A DNA stretch of 33,724 nucleotides from Granulosicoccaceae bacterium (GCA_049607125.1 JBMYWE010000001.1:1-33724), one strand, 5' to 3'. Positions 1-7,602 are shown, counted from the first letter of the stretch. The notes: generated by a model not told the origin, from the sequence alone. Numbers and translations are program-made.

Positions 1-705
1 CTTGACCAGATGCAGGCACTCAGCGATCAGTACATTGGTAGTTTGCCGAAGTCTCAGCGCGAGTATCAGGCGCCGGGGCTGAAAGCTAGCGCCAAGCGCC
101 AGCGCATTGTGCATCGTGGTAACCAACCCACCCGTGCCGATATGTTCTTCTACTATGTGCAAAGTGCTTCCAATGAGCTAGAGCGTTTTGACGCCGAGTT
201 ACTGCTGATGCGCGAAGTGTTGGCTCAGCGTCTCTGGCATGTGCTGCGTGAGCGCGAGGGTTTGGGTTATGACGTCAGTTTGCAACTGCGACGACGCGCT
301 TTTCTACGAGGCGGCAGCAGCTTCACGGTTGGCATGGTGTGTGATCCAAATTATGCCCCCGAGGTGCGCCGCAGGGTAGATGAGGTGCTGCTGTCGCTGC
401 TGGTCAACGGGATAGACGAGCTGGAACTGGCGCCCCTGCGCAGCCGCTTGTCAGCGGACTACAGCGAGTTGTTGCGCGATAATGCGACGCTACTGGCGGA
501 GTGGGCCAACCAACGTGAGCGCGGGCGCAGCATAGCGCAAGTGCTGCACACGGTGGCCGAGATTGAAGCGGTTGACGCAAAGCGCTTACAACAGTATGCA
601 CGCTTGTTTTTTAAAGAGACCGGCTTTTTGGAAGTGAACGTGGTGCCAGGCTTGTCGGCTGATCTAGGCGCTGAACAAGCGGCCTTGGTGCAACCAACTC
701 GTTAA
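1..705 (+). CDS. Peptidase M16 (insulinase/pitrilysin)-like protein, C-terminal part; 5' end lies outside the window
   Basis: Frame 1 is open from base 1 (CTT GAC CAG ATG) to TAA at 703-705. The segment LREREGLGYDVS...GGSSFTVGMVCDP resembles the non-catalytic C-terminal half-domain of M16 peptidases. Confidence 0.55.
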   Translation, partial: LDQMQALSDQYIGSLPKSQREYQAPGLKASAKRQRIVHRGNQPTRADMFFYYVQSASNELERFDAELLLMREVLAQRLWHVLREREGLGYDVSLQLRRRAFLRGGSSFTVGMVCDPNYAPEVRRRVDEVLLSLLVNGIDELELAPLRSRLSADYSELLRDNATLLAEWANQRERGRSIAQVLHTVAEIEAVDAKRLQQYARLFFKETGFLEVNVVPGLSADLGAEQAALVQPTR

Positions 706-728
706 GGCTAATCGGGGGCGCTTAATTG

Positions 729-944
729 CTACTCCGTTTTTTGCGTATCAGGTTTCTTCTTTTCAGCTCGAACTAAACGCCAAACCAAAGCGAAGGGTGA
801 CAGCGCCATCACCAGTCCAATGCCGATCCAGATGCGTTTGTCGCTATAGTGCAAGGCCAACCACACCAGCCCCACAAGTGTGAGTGATGCCAAGGTCGCA
901 ATTAACACACCCGCGGTTGAGATTCCGCTTTGATGTTTCATCAA
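729..944 (-). CDS. Small membrane protein (two predicted TM helices), last gene of the receiver/sensor operon
   Basis: 71 aa with two hydrophobic stretches (GVLIATLASLTLVGLVWLAL and IWIGIGLVMALSPFALVW) and a Lys-rich tail. Its ATG overlaps the stop of the upstream sensor gene as ATGA (941-944). Confidence 0.6.
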   Translation of the reverse strand: MMKHQSGISTAGVLIATLASLTLVGLVWLALHYSDKRIWIGIGLVMALSPFALVWRLVRAEKKKPDTQKTE

Positions 945-2989
945 GCGCTTGCCTTTTGTTGTTCAGACAGCGCTTTTTGCAGTTTGGGCAGGCTGCGAAT
1001 GCCCTGAGAGTGTAGCCGGGTCAGCATGCGATTAAACACCCGGGCAATTAACTTAACCTGGTCGGTGGTGTCGTCTATGTCTGTCTCTATCCCCAGGCGG
1101 CTGGCAACGCGATACAGGCTATAGGTGGTGTCTTCAGGGAACAACAACGCAGCGATCGCAGCGGTGTCCAGCAAGCCCGCCTGTGAAATCAATTGCCTGT
1201 CAGCGGCTCCCAGCTGGCCCATAAGCAGATTGGCGTCGTGGGTGATAAAGGCACCGTTGCGGCTGAATTCGCTCAAGGCACTCGGGCCTTGCTCTTGTTG
1301 TTGTGGGCTAAGGGTTGAATGTTTGAGTTGTTTTTGCGCCAGCGCCTGGGGTTTTCCCCCTGCCAGAAGCAAGGCGACCAGGGTGCTCTCTGCACGGGCC
1401 ATATCAGCTGCCGATAGACGCTCGGAACCCACAGCGAGTACTGTGAAGTACTGGTGTTGTAATAATGGTTCTTTGTCGGATGCGGAAGTATCTGCTTTGG
1501 GACTAAAGTCAAACTTGCTGTTGGGTACTTCAAATTCGGCACCTGTTGGTGCCTCGCTCAAGGGCAGAGCAATCCGCAGGCGTTGCCCGTTTGATTTCGG
1601 ATCTTCTAACCATGCGCGGCCCGCGTGACGTTCTATCAATTCAACGAGCGCTCTTCCGCCGACAGCCACGCTCTGGCGAGTCGAAGTGGCCAGCGAACGA
1701 AAATCTTCTTGGCGCAGCACCCCCTCTCCCCAGTAGAGGTCGATCAGGAGCAGTCCGTGGCGCCTGTCGGTTTCTGCGTTCAATCCAAGTTTGTCCATTT
1801 CCCAGTCCGCCTGCAGAGCAGCCATGCAGTTGGCTATCGCTTTTGCAAGTGAAAAGCTATCGGCTTCTAGCCATAGACCGGCCTCGGGCACCGTGTCGAT
1901 TGGAGGCGCCATTTGATGTTGGCTGTGCAGCTGTTGTTGCACCGCACGCAGTAAATCGCGCGCGAGAATTGGCTCCAGCGGCCAGGTATGGGCCAGTTGG
2001 TCGGCTCGCTGGAAACTCAGGCGTTCGAGGTGGTCACAGTGGCGCGCGGTGTCGCGGCCTAGCGCGGTGAGTAGGCTGCGTTGATGGCGAGCCGCAGATG
2101 GGTCGCGCTGCAAGCTGTCGATACCGGTGCGCAGCCGGGTGAGCAAATTGCGGGTTTCGCGGTTGAGGCCGTGCAACAATTTATCGCGCTGATTGCCTTG
2201 GCTGTGCTGGGCTTCTATGTCGTCCAGTGCCAGTACAAAGCCTTCGATCTGGTCGTCTTCGGGATTCACAGCAGTGGCTAGGCGCACTCGCACCATGCGG
2301 CCATTGCGGCTCATGGCACTGAGTGTGGTGTGTGGTGCACGCGTCCCGCTTTGCAGTCTTTCGCGTACAATGGTCAATGCATGGGCAATCAGCTCGGCGT
2401 CCAATAGGGCAAAAATAGACTCTCCCAGCGCGCTCTGAGCAGCTTGGTGGTCTGTTGACTTTCCCAGCAAGCTGCGGGCTATGCCGTTGGCAAGGAGTAT
2501 TCGGCCCTCAAGGTTACAAACCATCACGCCTTGCGATATTTGATTGAGCAGGGCGGTGAGGCGAACCCGTTCGCGCGCGCGGGTAGCGGTGCTGTCGCTC
2601 AGTTCGCGGTCTAAGATGGAGCGGCGTTGCTGCACGCTGGCCATCAAGGCGTTGGTATTGCTCAGCAGTGTGTGCTCTTCGGGGCTGAGGTCGCTGTCTA
2701 GTGCCAGCGCCTGGCCGTCGGCTTCTAGCGCTTCGCGCAATCTTCGGTTGACGCGCGCTAGACTGTGCAGATGGCGTTGGTAGAAGCGGCCAAAAAACAA
2801 CACCGGTACCACCAGACCCACGCCTGCCAGAATCAGCATCAATGGCAAGCGTGGCTCCAGCACGTGCCGTAGCTGCTGTTTCTCAAAGGCGTTGAGATCT
2901 AGCCAGAGCATCAGTGATGGCAACAGCCCTACTAGGGCGATGGTCAACAGGGCACCGAGCAGAAGCTGTACCAATCGATTGTTTAGCAT
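941..2989 (-). CDS. Membrane sensor protein: 2 TM, linker, PAS-like domain, histidine-kinase-like core, and a C-terminal degenerate DnaQ/DEDD-exonuclease-like domain
   Basis: 682 aa. The N-terminus has two hydrophobic helices. PAS-like segment: ISQGVMVCNLEGRILLANGIARSLLG. Candidate H-box: KLLHGLNRETRNLLTRL. HATPase-like remnants: AKAIANCMAAL, DLYWGEGV, VGGRALVELIERHAGRAWLE...RLRIALPL. The tail has the layout of ExoI/II/III motifs (FTVLAVGSE, AFITHDANLL, LLDTAAIA...YSLYRVASRLGIE..DDTTDQVKLIARVF) but the acidic and His catalytic residues are replaced. Confidence 0.7.
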   Translation of the reverse strand: MLNNRLVQLLLGALLTIALVGLLPSLMLWLDLNAFEKQQLRHVLEPRLPLMLILAGVGLVVPVLFFGRFYQRHLHSLARVNRRLREALEADGQALALDSDLSPEEHTLLSNTNALMASVQQRRSILDRELSDSTATRARERVRLTALLNQISQGVMVCNLEGRILLANGIARSLLGKSTDHQAAQSALGESIFALLDAELIAHALTIVRERLQSGTRAPHTTLSAMSRNGRMVRVRLATAVNPEDDQIEGFVLALDDIEAQHSQGNQRDKLLHGLNRETRNLLTRLRTGIDSLQRDPSAARHQRSLLTALGRDTARHCDHLERLSFQRADQLAHTWPLEPILARDLLRAVQQQLHSQHQMAPPIDTVPEAGLWLEADSFSLAKAIANCMAALQADWEMDKLGLNAETDRRHGLLLIDLYWGEGVLRQEDFRSLATSTRQSVAVGGRALVELIERHAGRAWLEDPKSNGQRLRIALPLSEAPTGAEFEVPNSKFDFSPKADTSASDKEPLLQHQYFTVLAVGSERLSAADMARAESTLVALLLAGGKPQALAQKQLKHSTLSPQQQEQGPSALSEFSRNGAFITHDANLLMGQLGAADRQLISQAGLLDTAAIAALLFPEDTTYSLYRVASRLGIETDIDDTTDQVKLIARVFNRMLTRLHSQGIRSLPKLQKALSEQQKASA

Positions 2990-3345
2990 GTTGATGGGTC
3001 CAAGTGCTGTTGGATAGTCTGGAGTAGTGTGTCGGTAGCGAAGGGTTTGCGTAGCACGGCGTCTACCCCCTGTGCTTCAAGTTGGGCGGCGAGGCTTGCC
3101 TGCCAGTTACTGCTGAGATAGAGCAGGCGACAGGACGGCAGTCGTCGCTTGAGATGCTGGCACAGGTTTGCTGCTTCTTCCGCGTTGGCGTCATCTATCA
3201 GAATTAAACTGGGCTGAAGTTCAACGGACTGGCGCAATAGTTGACCCGTTTGGCTGGGGTGAGCGATCTCGTACTGATGCGCCAGGATGTTGGCCAGAGC
3301 TTGTGCAAGTACCAAGTCGTCCACGGCAAGTAGTATTTGAGTCAT
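2983..3345 (-). CDS. Single-domain CheY-like response regulator (receiver only)
   Basis: 120 aa with an acidic pair (AVDD), a phospho-acceptor context (LILIDD), YLSS, and a conserved Lys-Pro (LRKPF). There is no output domain. It overlaps the sensor gene start by 7 nt (ATGCTAA, 2983-2989). Confidence 0.85.
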   Translation of the reverse strand: MTQILLAVDDLVLAQALANILAHQYEIAHPSQTGQLLRQSVELQPSLILIDDANAEEAANLCQHLKRRLPSCRLLYLSSNWQASLAAQLEAQGVDAVLRKPFATDTLLQTIQQHLDPSTC

Positions 3346-3815
3346 ATATCGCTCTTGTCTCTACGCTTCAGTCTTGCTTTGCGCGACAAATTTGCGCTCT
3401 CAAATAGCAAGTCCTCACCCTTTGTGCATTTTCTCGAGCTCGGCGACTCGAAAGCGAGCCCTGAGCAATCTCTGTTGACTTCGAAAAACAATAGCTAACA
3501 TCCTGTTAAACAGACGAAAAACCTACACCTCGCGGGTGTGGACTCAGGTGTGTTCGCCAGCTGTTTAGTGTGCGACTAATCGCTCGCATCTGCAACAGCG
3601 AGATCGGAATTGGGCTGGGCATGGACGAGAAAGTTCCTCTGCGTTCTACTTTATTTGTCGATTGCACAATTAAATGACGGAACACTATGTAACTGTTTGG
3701 TTTTAGATGAGATTGTCGATAACTCTTACGGGGCATGGACTCGATCGCATCGTGACATTGAGCTTTTACCGCTCCATCCGGCGAGTGACAAAACAGACTT
3801 TCTGAGAGAAAAACA

Positions 3816-5030
3816 GTGATTTCAAATCGACGCAAATTCTTGCTTAAGTCAGCGGCTGGCTGCGCAACGCTGGGCAAGTATGGAGTTGCTTCAGGTCTGT
3901 TGAATATGAGTCTTAGCGAGAGAGCTGAGGCCCGGTGTGCCGACGCTTACAAAGCGTTGGTCTGTGTTTTTTTAGCAGGTGGCAATGACTCTTTTAATAT
4001 GCTGGCGCCGCTTAGCTCGAACGAGTACCGAGACTACGCCAGTGCACGCGCGCATTTGGCCTTGCCAAGCTCTGGTCCAGGTGCTCTATTGCCGGTCAGT
4101 CCCATCAACGCCGATGGACGCAGCTTCGGTATTCACCCCGGCATGCCCGAGTTGCAGGGATTATTTGACAGTGGTGCGGTAGACTTTTTTAGCAATGTGG
4201 GCACGCTGGTTGAGCCCACGACGCCGCAGCAGTTTAAGCGTGGCGCTACAGCTGTACCCGAGCAGTTGCTCGCGCACGCCGACCAGACTATGCAGTGGCA
4301 GACTTCAATGCCTCAGATGGGGGTGAGCAGTGGTTGGGCTGGACGTCTGGCTGATCTGTACCCGAGCGGCTCGGGCCCCGGCCGCTTGCCATCGATGCTT
4401 ATCTCTTTGAGTGGCCAGCCTGTTTTCATGCTGGGCAAGCACGCTAAGGCCCGCCCGCTCATGACGTCTATAGATTCGGCCACTCAGGATGAGGCGGGTA
4501 TTAGCTGTCGCTCGGATTTCCCCTCCACGGCACTTGGTTCTCAGCTCGAGACAATTGCGCGCACCATCGAGCATGGCCGCCGTCTTGGCTTGCGTCGGCA
4601 AGTGTTTTTTGTGCAGATGGCAGGCTGGGATCATCACCACGGGTTGCTACACAGGCAGTCTCAGATGCTGCCTGTTTTGAGTCAGGGTCTGGGTGCTTTT
4701 TGGGCCGCTTTGGGGAAACTCGGTTTGCAAGATAACGTCACCACTTTTACCGCCTCTGAATTCGGGCGCTCGCTGCATTCTCGTGCCAGCGGCTCTGAGC
4801 ACGGATGGGGCGGGAACCAGATTGTTATGGGAGGGGCCAGTGTGGGTAAAAGCTTGCACGGCGTATACCCCGAGACGCTGCGACTTGGCTCCGGCCAGGA
4901 CATCAGCGGTGCGGGTAGCTTGTTGCCCACGACCTCCACGGATCAATACTTTGCCCAGCTTCTGCGATGGTACGGGGTGAGCGACAGCGATCTGCAGGTT
5001 GTTTTGCCGAATTTGTCAAATTTCAGTTGA
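3816..5030 (+). CDS. DUF1501 family protein with a twin-arginine (Tat) signal peptide
   Basis: GTG start. The N-terminus SNRRKFLLKSAAGCATLG is Tat-like. Hallmark DUF1501 segments are present: ALVCVFLAGGNDSFNMLAP and SEFGRSLHSRASGSEHGWGGNQIVMGG. Confidence 0.85.
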   Translation: MISNRRKFLLKSAAGCATLGKYGVASGLLNMSLSERAEARCADAYKALVCVFLAGGNDSFNMLAPLSSNEYRDYASARAHLALPSSGPGALLPVSPINADGRSFGIHPGMPELQGLFDSGAVDFFSNVGTLVEPTTPQQFKRGATAVPEQLLAHADQTMQWQTSMPQMGVSSGWAGRLADLYPSGSGPGRLPSMLISLSGQPVFMLGKHAKARPLMTSIDSATQDEAGISCRSDFPSTALGSQLETIARTIEHGRRLGLRRQVFFVQMAGWDHHHGLLHRQSQMLPVLSQGLGAFWAALGKLGLQDNVTTFTASEFGRSLHSRASGSEHGWGGNQIVMGGASVGKSLHGVYPETLRLGSGQDISGAGSLLPTTSTDQYFAQLLRWYGVSDSDLQVVLPNLSNFS

Positions 5031-5037
5031 CGGGCTC

Positions 5038-6483
5038 TCAGCCAAAATAGCCGTGTAGATAAAACACGCCGGGCTGCCCTCGGCGCTCAAACACCCAATA
5101 GCGAAGCCCTTGCGCGTCGCGTGCGGTGTAGTAGTCTCGCCGTACATCTGGCTCTTCCCACCAGCCACTTTCCAGACGTTCGGGCCCTGATTCCAATCGC
5201 AGGTTATGCGGGGCGGGCCGAGGTTCGGGCAGTAACCACAGTGGTCGTGGCAGCGTCACTATGGGCACCTTTGTGGCGTTGCTGTTCTGGCCGAGTGGGA
5301 ACTCTTGCCCCGCGCACTCGGGGCGGTGATCATCGCGCAGGCCGAGCTGGAAGACACGTTGTTCGCCCAGTCGTGCCGCTATTTGTTCTAGCACTTCGCG
5401 GTGACCTCGATGCCCAGCGCCAGATTTGTCAAATAGGTCTGCGCCGTCTCGCACCACCGATAGCAGCTCGTCGGCGCTTAGTTGTAGAGCGCGCACGGGC
5501 TCGGGCAGTTGTAGCTGTTCAAGCTGCTGGCGCGCCACGCGCAGTAGCCGTGTGGCGTCGCCGCTGGGCTCTAGCAGTCGAACCGGCAGACGGGTGGGCT
5601 CTAGCCGCGGGTGTTGTAGCTCTAGCGCGATTTGCTTGACGCCGCAGTCTCGGGCAATCAGCTGTGCCGCCAGTGTCTCGATCAAGCGTCTTAGCGGAAA
5701 CACCAGAGAGGCGGTGTTCTCCACTTCTTGCAATAGTTCTAGGCGTTGCTCGAATCGTTCTGGTGGTTGGAAGGGTGGCTGTGGGTCGTCGGCCAAGCCG
5801 CGCAGTCGATCGAGGGTGTCACAGCAGCTGGGTCCAAAGCGTCGAGCAAGCGCATCGCGCGGCAGTTGTAGCAGTTGCCCGGTGCTGCGCAGCCCTGCTT
5901 GGCGCAGGCTTTGACGGGTTTTCTCGTCCAGTAGCAGAGCGTCGATCGGGGCTTCATTTAGGGCCACCTCAAGGGCGGTGCGATCGAGTAGATCGGGGCC
6001 TCTGAGTCTAGCCATCAAGCGCGCCGCCAGTGGTGTGGGTGCCACCCCGAGGCGGTGGCGGTAGCCGATCTCCTCGAGGCCCTGTTGCAGTTGCTCACGC
6101 AGGGCAGGCAAGCCTCCGAACAACCGCAGACTGGCGCCCACTTCTAGCAGTAGCGCGGCGGGTGGAGTTAGGCTGAGTTGTGAGGAGAAACGATAAGCCC
6201 AGAGCGCCAGCTGCTGCAACAGCTCGTGTTCGCGCTGTTCATCGTAGGCTTGTAATTGCAAGTCTGGTTGGAGTGCCATGGCGGTGGCCACTGGTTGCTG
6301 TGCTCGCACGCCAGCGGCGTGCGCCTCGCGGTTGGCGCTGTGGATCCAGCGCTGGCTGCCGTGGCTGGCCACCAGTGCCCGTGCCGGCTGCTCGCCAGCA
6401 TTGCAGGCCAAGCTGTCGAGCAGCAGGGCGGGCAGACCGATACACAGCCAGAGGGTTGCTGGGGCGTTGCTGTCAAGGCTCAT
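5038..6483 (-). CDS. imuB: ImuB, the Y-family-polymerase-like subunit of the SOS mutagenesis cassette
   Basis: 481 aa. The N-terminus TLWLCIGLPALLLDSL and the C-terminus LRYWVFERRGQPGVFYLHGYFG are typical of ImuB. It lies downstream of imuA and behind a LexA box. Confidence 0.85.
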   Translation of the reverse strand: MSLDSNAPATLWLCIGLPALLLDSLACNAGEQPARALVASHGSQRWIHSANREAHAAGVRAQQPVATAMALQPDLQLQAYDEQREHELLQQLALWAYRFSSQLSLTPPAALLLEVGASLRLFGGLPALREQLQQGLEEIGYRHRLGVAPTPLAARLMARLRGPDLLDRTALEVALNEAPIDALLLDEKTRQSLRQAGLRSTGQLLQLPRDALARRFGPSCCDTLDRLRGLADDPQPPFQPPERFEQRLELLQEVENTASLVFPLRRLIETLAAQLIARDCGVKQIALELQHPRLEPTRLPVRLLEPSGDATRLLRVARQQLEQLQLPEPVRALQLSADELLSVVRDGADLFDKSGAGHRGHREVLEQIAARLGEQRVFQLGLRDDHRPECAGQEFPLGQNSNATKVPIVTLPRPLWLLPEPRPAPHNLRLESGPERLESGWWEEPDVRRDYYTARDAQGLRYWVFERRGQPGVFYLHGYFG

Positions 6484-6896
6484 GGTCTATGCCCTGTCGG
6501 TTCAATGTGCTTGTTGGGTTTTTCATCAGGGCAAACGGAGCACCGACTGGGCCGTTGTTTGACTGCACGTCCCGGGTTGCTGTCCCGAACTGTGCGCTCT
6601 GAACTGCGCGTCCCGAACCGAAGTCGAGCCCACATAGAACACTGACCGAGGTTCGACTTTAGTCGAACAAAGTGTGCTGTCCGGCGGTGAAGACGTTCGA
6701 ATGAATTCGAACCCACAGTCAGAGTCTGTATCAGGCTTTGGTGGAGTGAGTGAGTGCGGCGTTTAACTGCCAGTGGCCTTTGTGGGTTCGATTTTAATTG
6801 GACAAAACATGCTGTCCGGCAGCCAGTACATTTGCAGGAATTCGAATCTACATAGAGCAATGCCAGACTGGGGGCTTGCAGGTACTCACCCGTCAC
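6480..6896 (-). CDS. Hypothetical very basic, Cys-containing repeat protein lying exactly between imuA and imuB (coding status unproven)
   Basis: 138 codons are open. The GTG start overlaps the imuA stop (GTGA, 6893-6896) and the TGA stop overlaps the imuB ATG (ATGA, 6480-6483). Two 26-residue internal repeats differ largely at synonymous codon positions. I recognise no family, and third-position GC is lower than in the neighbouring genes. Confidence 0.45.
   Translation of the reverse strand: MTGEYLQAPSLALLYVDSNSCKCTGCRTACFVQLKSNPQRPLAVKRRTHSLHQSLIQTLTVGSNSFERLHRRTAHFVRLKSNLGQCSMWARLRFGTRSSERTVRDSNPGRAVKQRPSRCSVCPDEKPNKHIEPTGHRP
6639..6716 (-). repeat. Repeat unit B of the imuA-imuB spacer (encodes VGSNSFERLHRRTAHFVRLKSNLGQC in the ORF frame)
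   Basis: The core at 6650-6685 (ggttcgactttagtcgaacaaagtgtgctgtccggc) matches 6785-6820 at 29 of 36 positions. It contains the hairpins GTTCGAC-TTTA-GTCGAAC (6651-6668) and GTTCGAAT-GA-ATTCGAAC (6695-6712). Confidence 0.8.
6774..6851 (-). repeat. Repeat unit A of the imuA-imuB spacer (encodes VDSNSCKCTGCRTACFVQLKSNPQRP in the ORF frame)
   Basis: The core at 6785-6820 (ggttcgattttaattggacaaaacatgctgtccggc) is a direct repeat of 6650-6685, offset by 135 nt (45 codons). Confidence 0.8.
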
Positions 6897-7570
6897 ACCA
6901 GCACCTCGTTGGCCGCGTGTGGCCAGTGGTGGGCGGGTGTATGAGCCGGTGGCGTGTCATCCTCGAGCTGTAACTGGCCGGGGTTACTACCACGACACTT
7001 GAGTACCTGCAATTGCTGTTGTCGCCACAGCAAACGCAGTGCGGCGGGTGAGGACTGCTCGGCGCTGTGTTCGGGGCGATAGGCCATTGCCCAACAGCCG
7101 CCGCCCGTCTCGGCAGCCAACTGCAGACGACGCAGTTGGGTGGGGGTGGCGCGCGGCAGCCACACCAGCACGACCGCAAAACTGCCGCTGCGCAGTAGTT
7201 GCTCGGCGGACCAGAGCGCGTCTTTGCCGTCTGGGCTGGCCTTGTCCTCGGGGCTGATCACCCACAGCTGTGACAATACGACTCCCGCCGCAGCCAGTGC
7301 CGGTGGGTAGGGCGGTGCTGGAGGGGCGACCAGCGCCACTCGTTCTCCGCGGGTTGTCTGCTGTGCCAGTGCGGGTGTGAGCAAGGACAGCTCGCCGCCG
7401 CCTAGCCCGGGGACATGCAATTCAGTCAGAGCGCCCAGCGGCCAACCACCACCGGGCAAAAAGGCGTCCAGCCGCGCCTGCCCGGTAGGTGCAGTGCGCT
7501 GAGCGACTGGGTGTTGATGGCCGCGCCACAGCAGTGGCTGGCCCTGAAGTAGTTGATCAAGTGAAGCCAT
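6893..7570 (-). CDS. imuA: ImuA (RecA/SulA-like protein of the SOS mutagenesis cassette)
   Basis: I place the start at the ATG at 7570-7568 (MASLDQLLQGQPLLWRG...). The segment LDAFLPGGGWPLGALTEL is the characteristic ImuA motif. The longer tracked ORF (to 7738) would read through the LexA box and promoter. Confidence 0.85.
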   Translation of the reverse strand: MASLDQLLQGQPLLWRGHQHPVAQRTAPTGQARLDAFLPGGGWPLGALTELHVPGLGGGELSLLTPALAQQTTRGERVALVAPPAPPYPPALAAAGVVLSQLWVISPEDKASPDGKDALWSAEQLLRSGSFAVVLVWLPRATPTQLRRLQLAAETGGGCWAMAYRPEHSAEQSSPAALRLLWRQQQLQVLKCRGSNPGQLQLEDDTPPAHTPAHHWPHAANEVLV

Positions 7571-7582
7571 ACACAGAGTATA

Positions 7583-7602
7583 TACTGTAAAAATAAACAG
7601 TA
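7583..7602. promoter_or_regulatory. LexA (SOS) operator in the imuA / GNAT divergent intergenic region
   Basis: TACTGTAAAAATAAACAGTA is a perfect CTGT-N8-ACAG palindrome with an AT-rich spacer. It ends 12 nt upstream of the imuA ATG. Confidence 0.85.

Noticed and set aside
1125-2783. Multiple ORFs of 66-174 aa on both strands within the sensor gene
   Set aside because: They overlap the 682-aa sensor CDS in alternative frames, and their low-complexity translations carry no motifs.
3506-3877. 123-aa minus-strand ORF in the receiver / DUF1501 intergenic region
   Set aside because: It overlaps the DUF1501 start and Tat signal. It has no Shine-Dalgarno sequence, no recognisable domain and a heterogeneous composition. 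I treat the region as non-coding.
5121-6005. Several plus-strand ORFs (172, 162 and 113 aa) inside imuB, with similar ones at 6180-6645
   Set aside because: They are Arg/Ala/Ser-rich antisense frames of a high-GC3 gene. They overlap one another in different frames, and none has a recognisable motif.
6640-6860. Repeated GGTTCGA / TTCGAAT motifs resembling tRNA T-arm sequence; possible tRNA or tRNA-derived fragment
   Set aside because: I could not build an acceptor stem, D-arm or anticodon arm around any copy. The motif recurs as the in-frame codons TCG AAC/AAT (Ser-Asn) of the ORF and as hairpin arms, so I do not call a tRNA gene.
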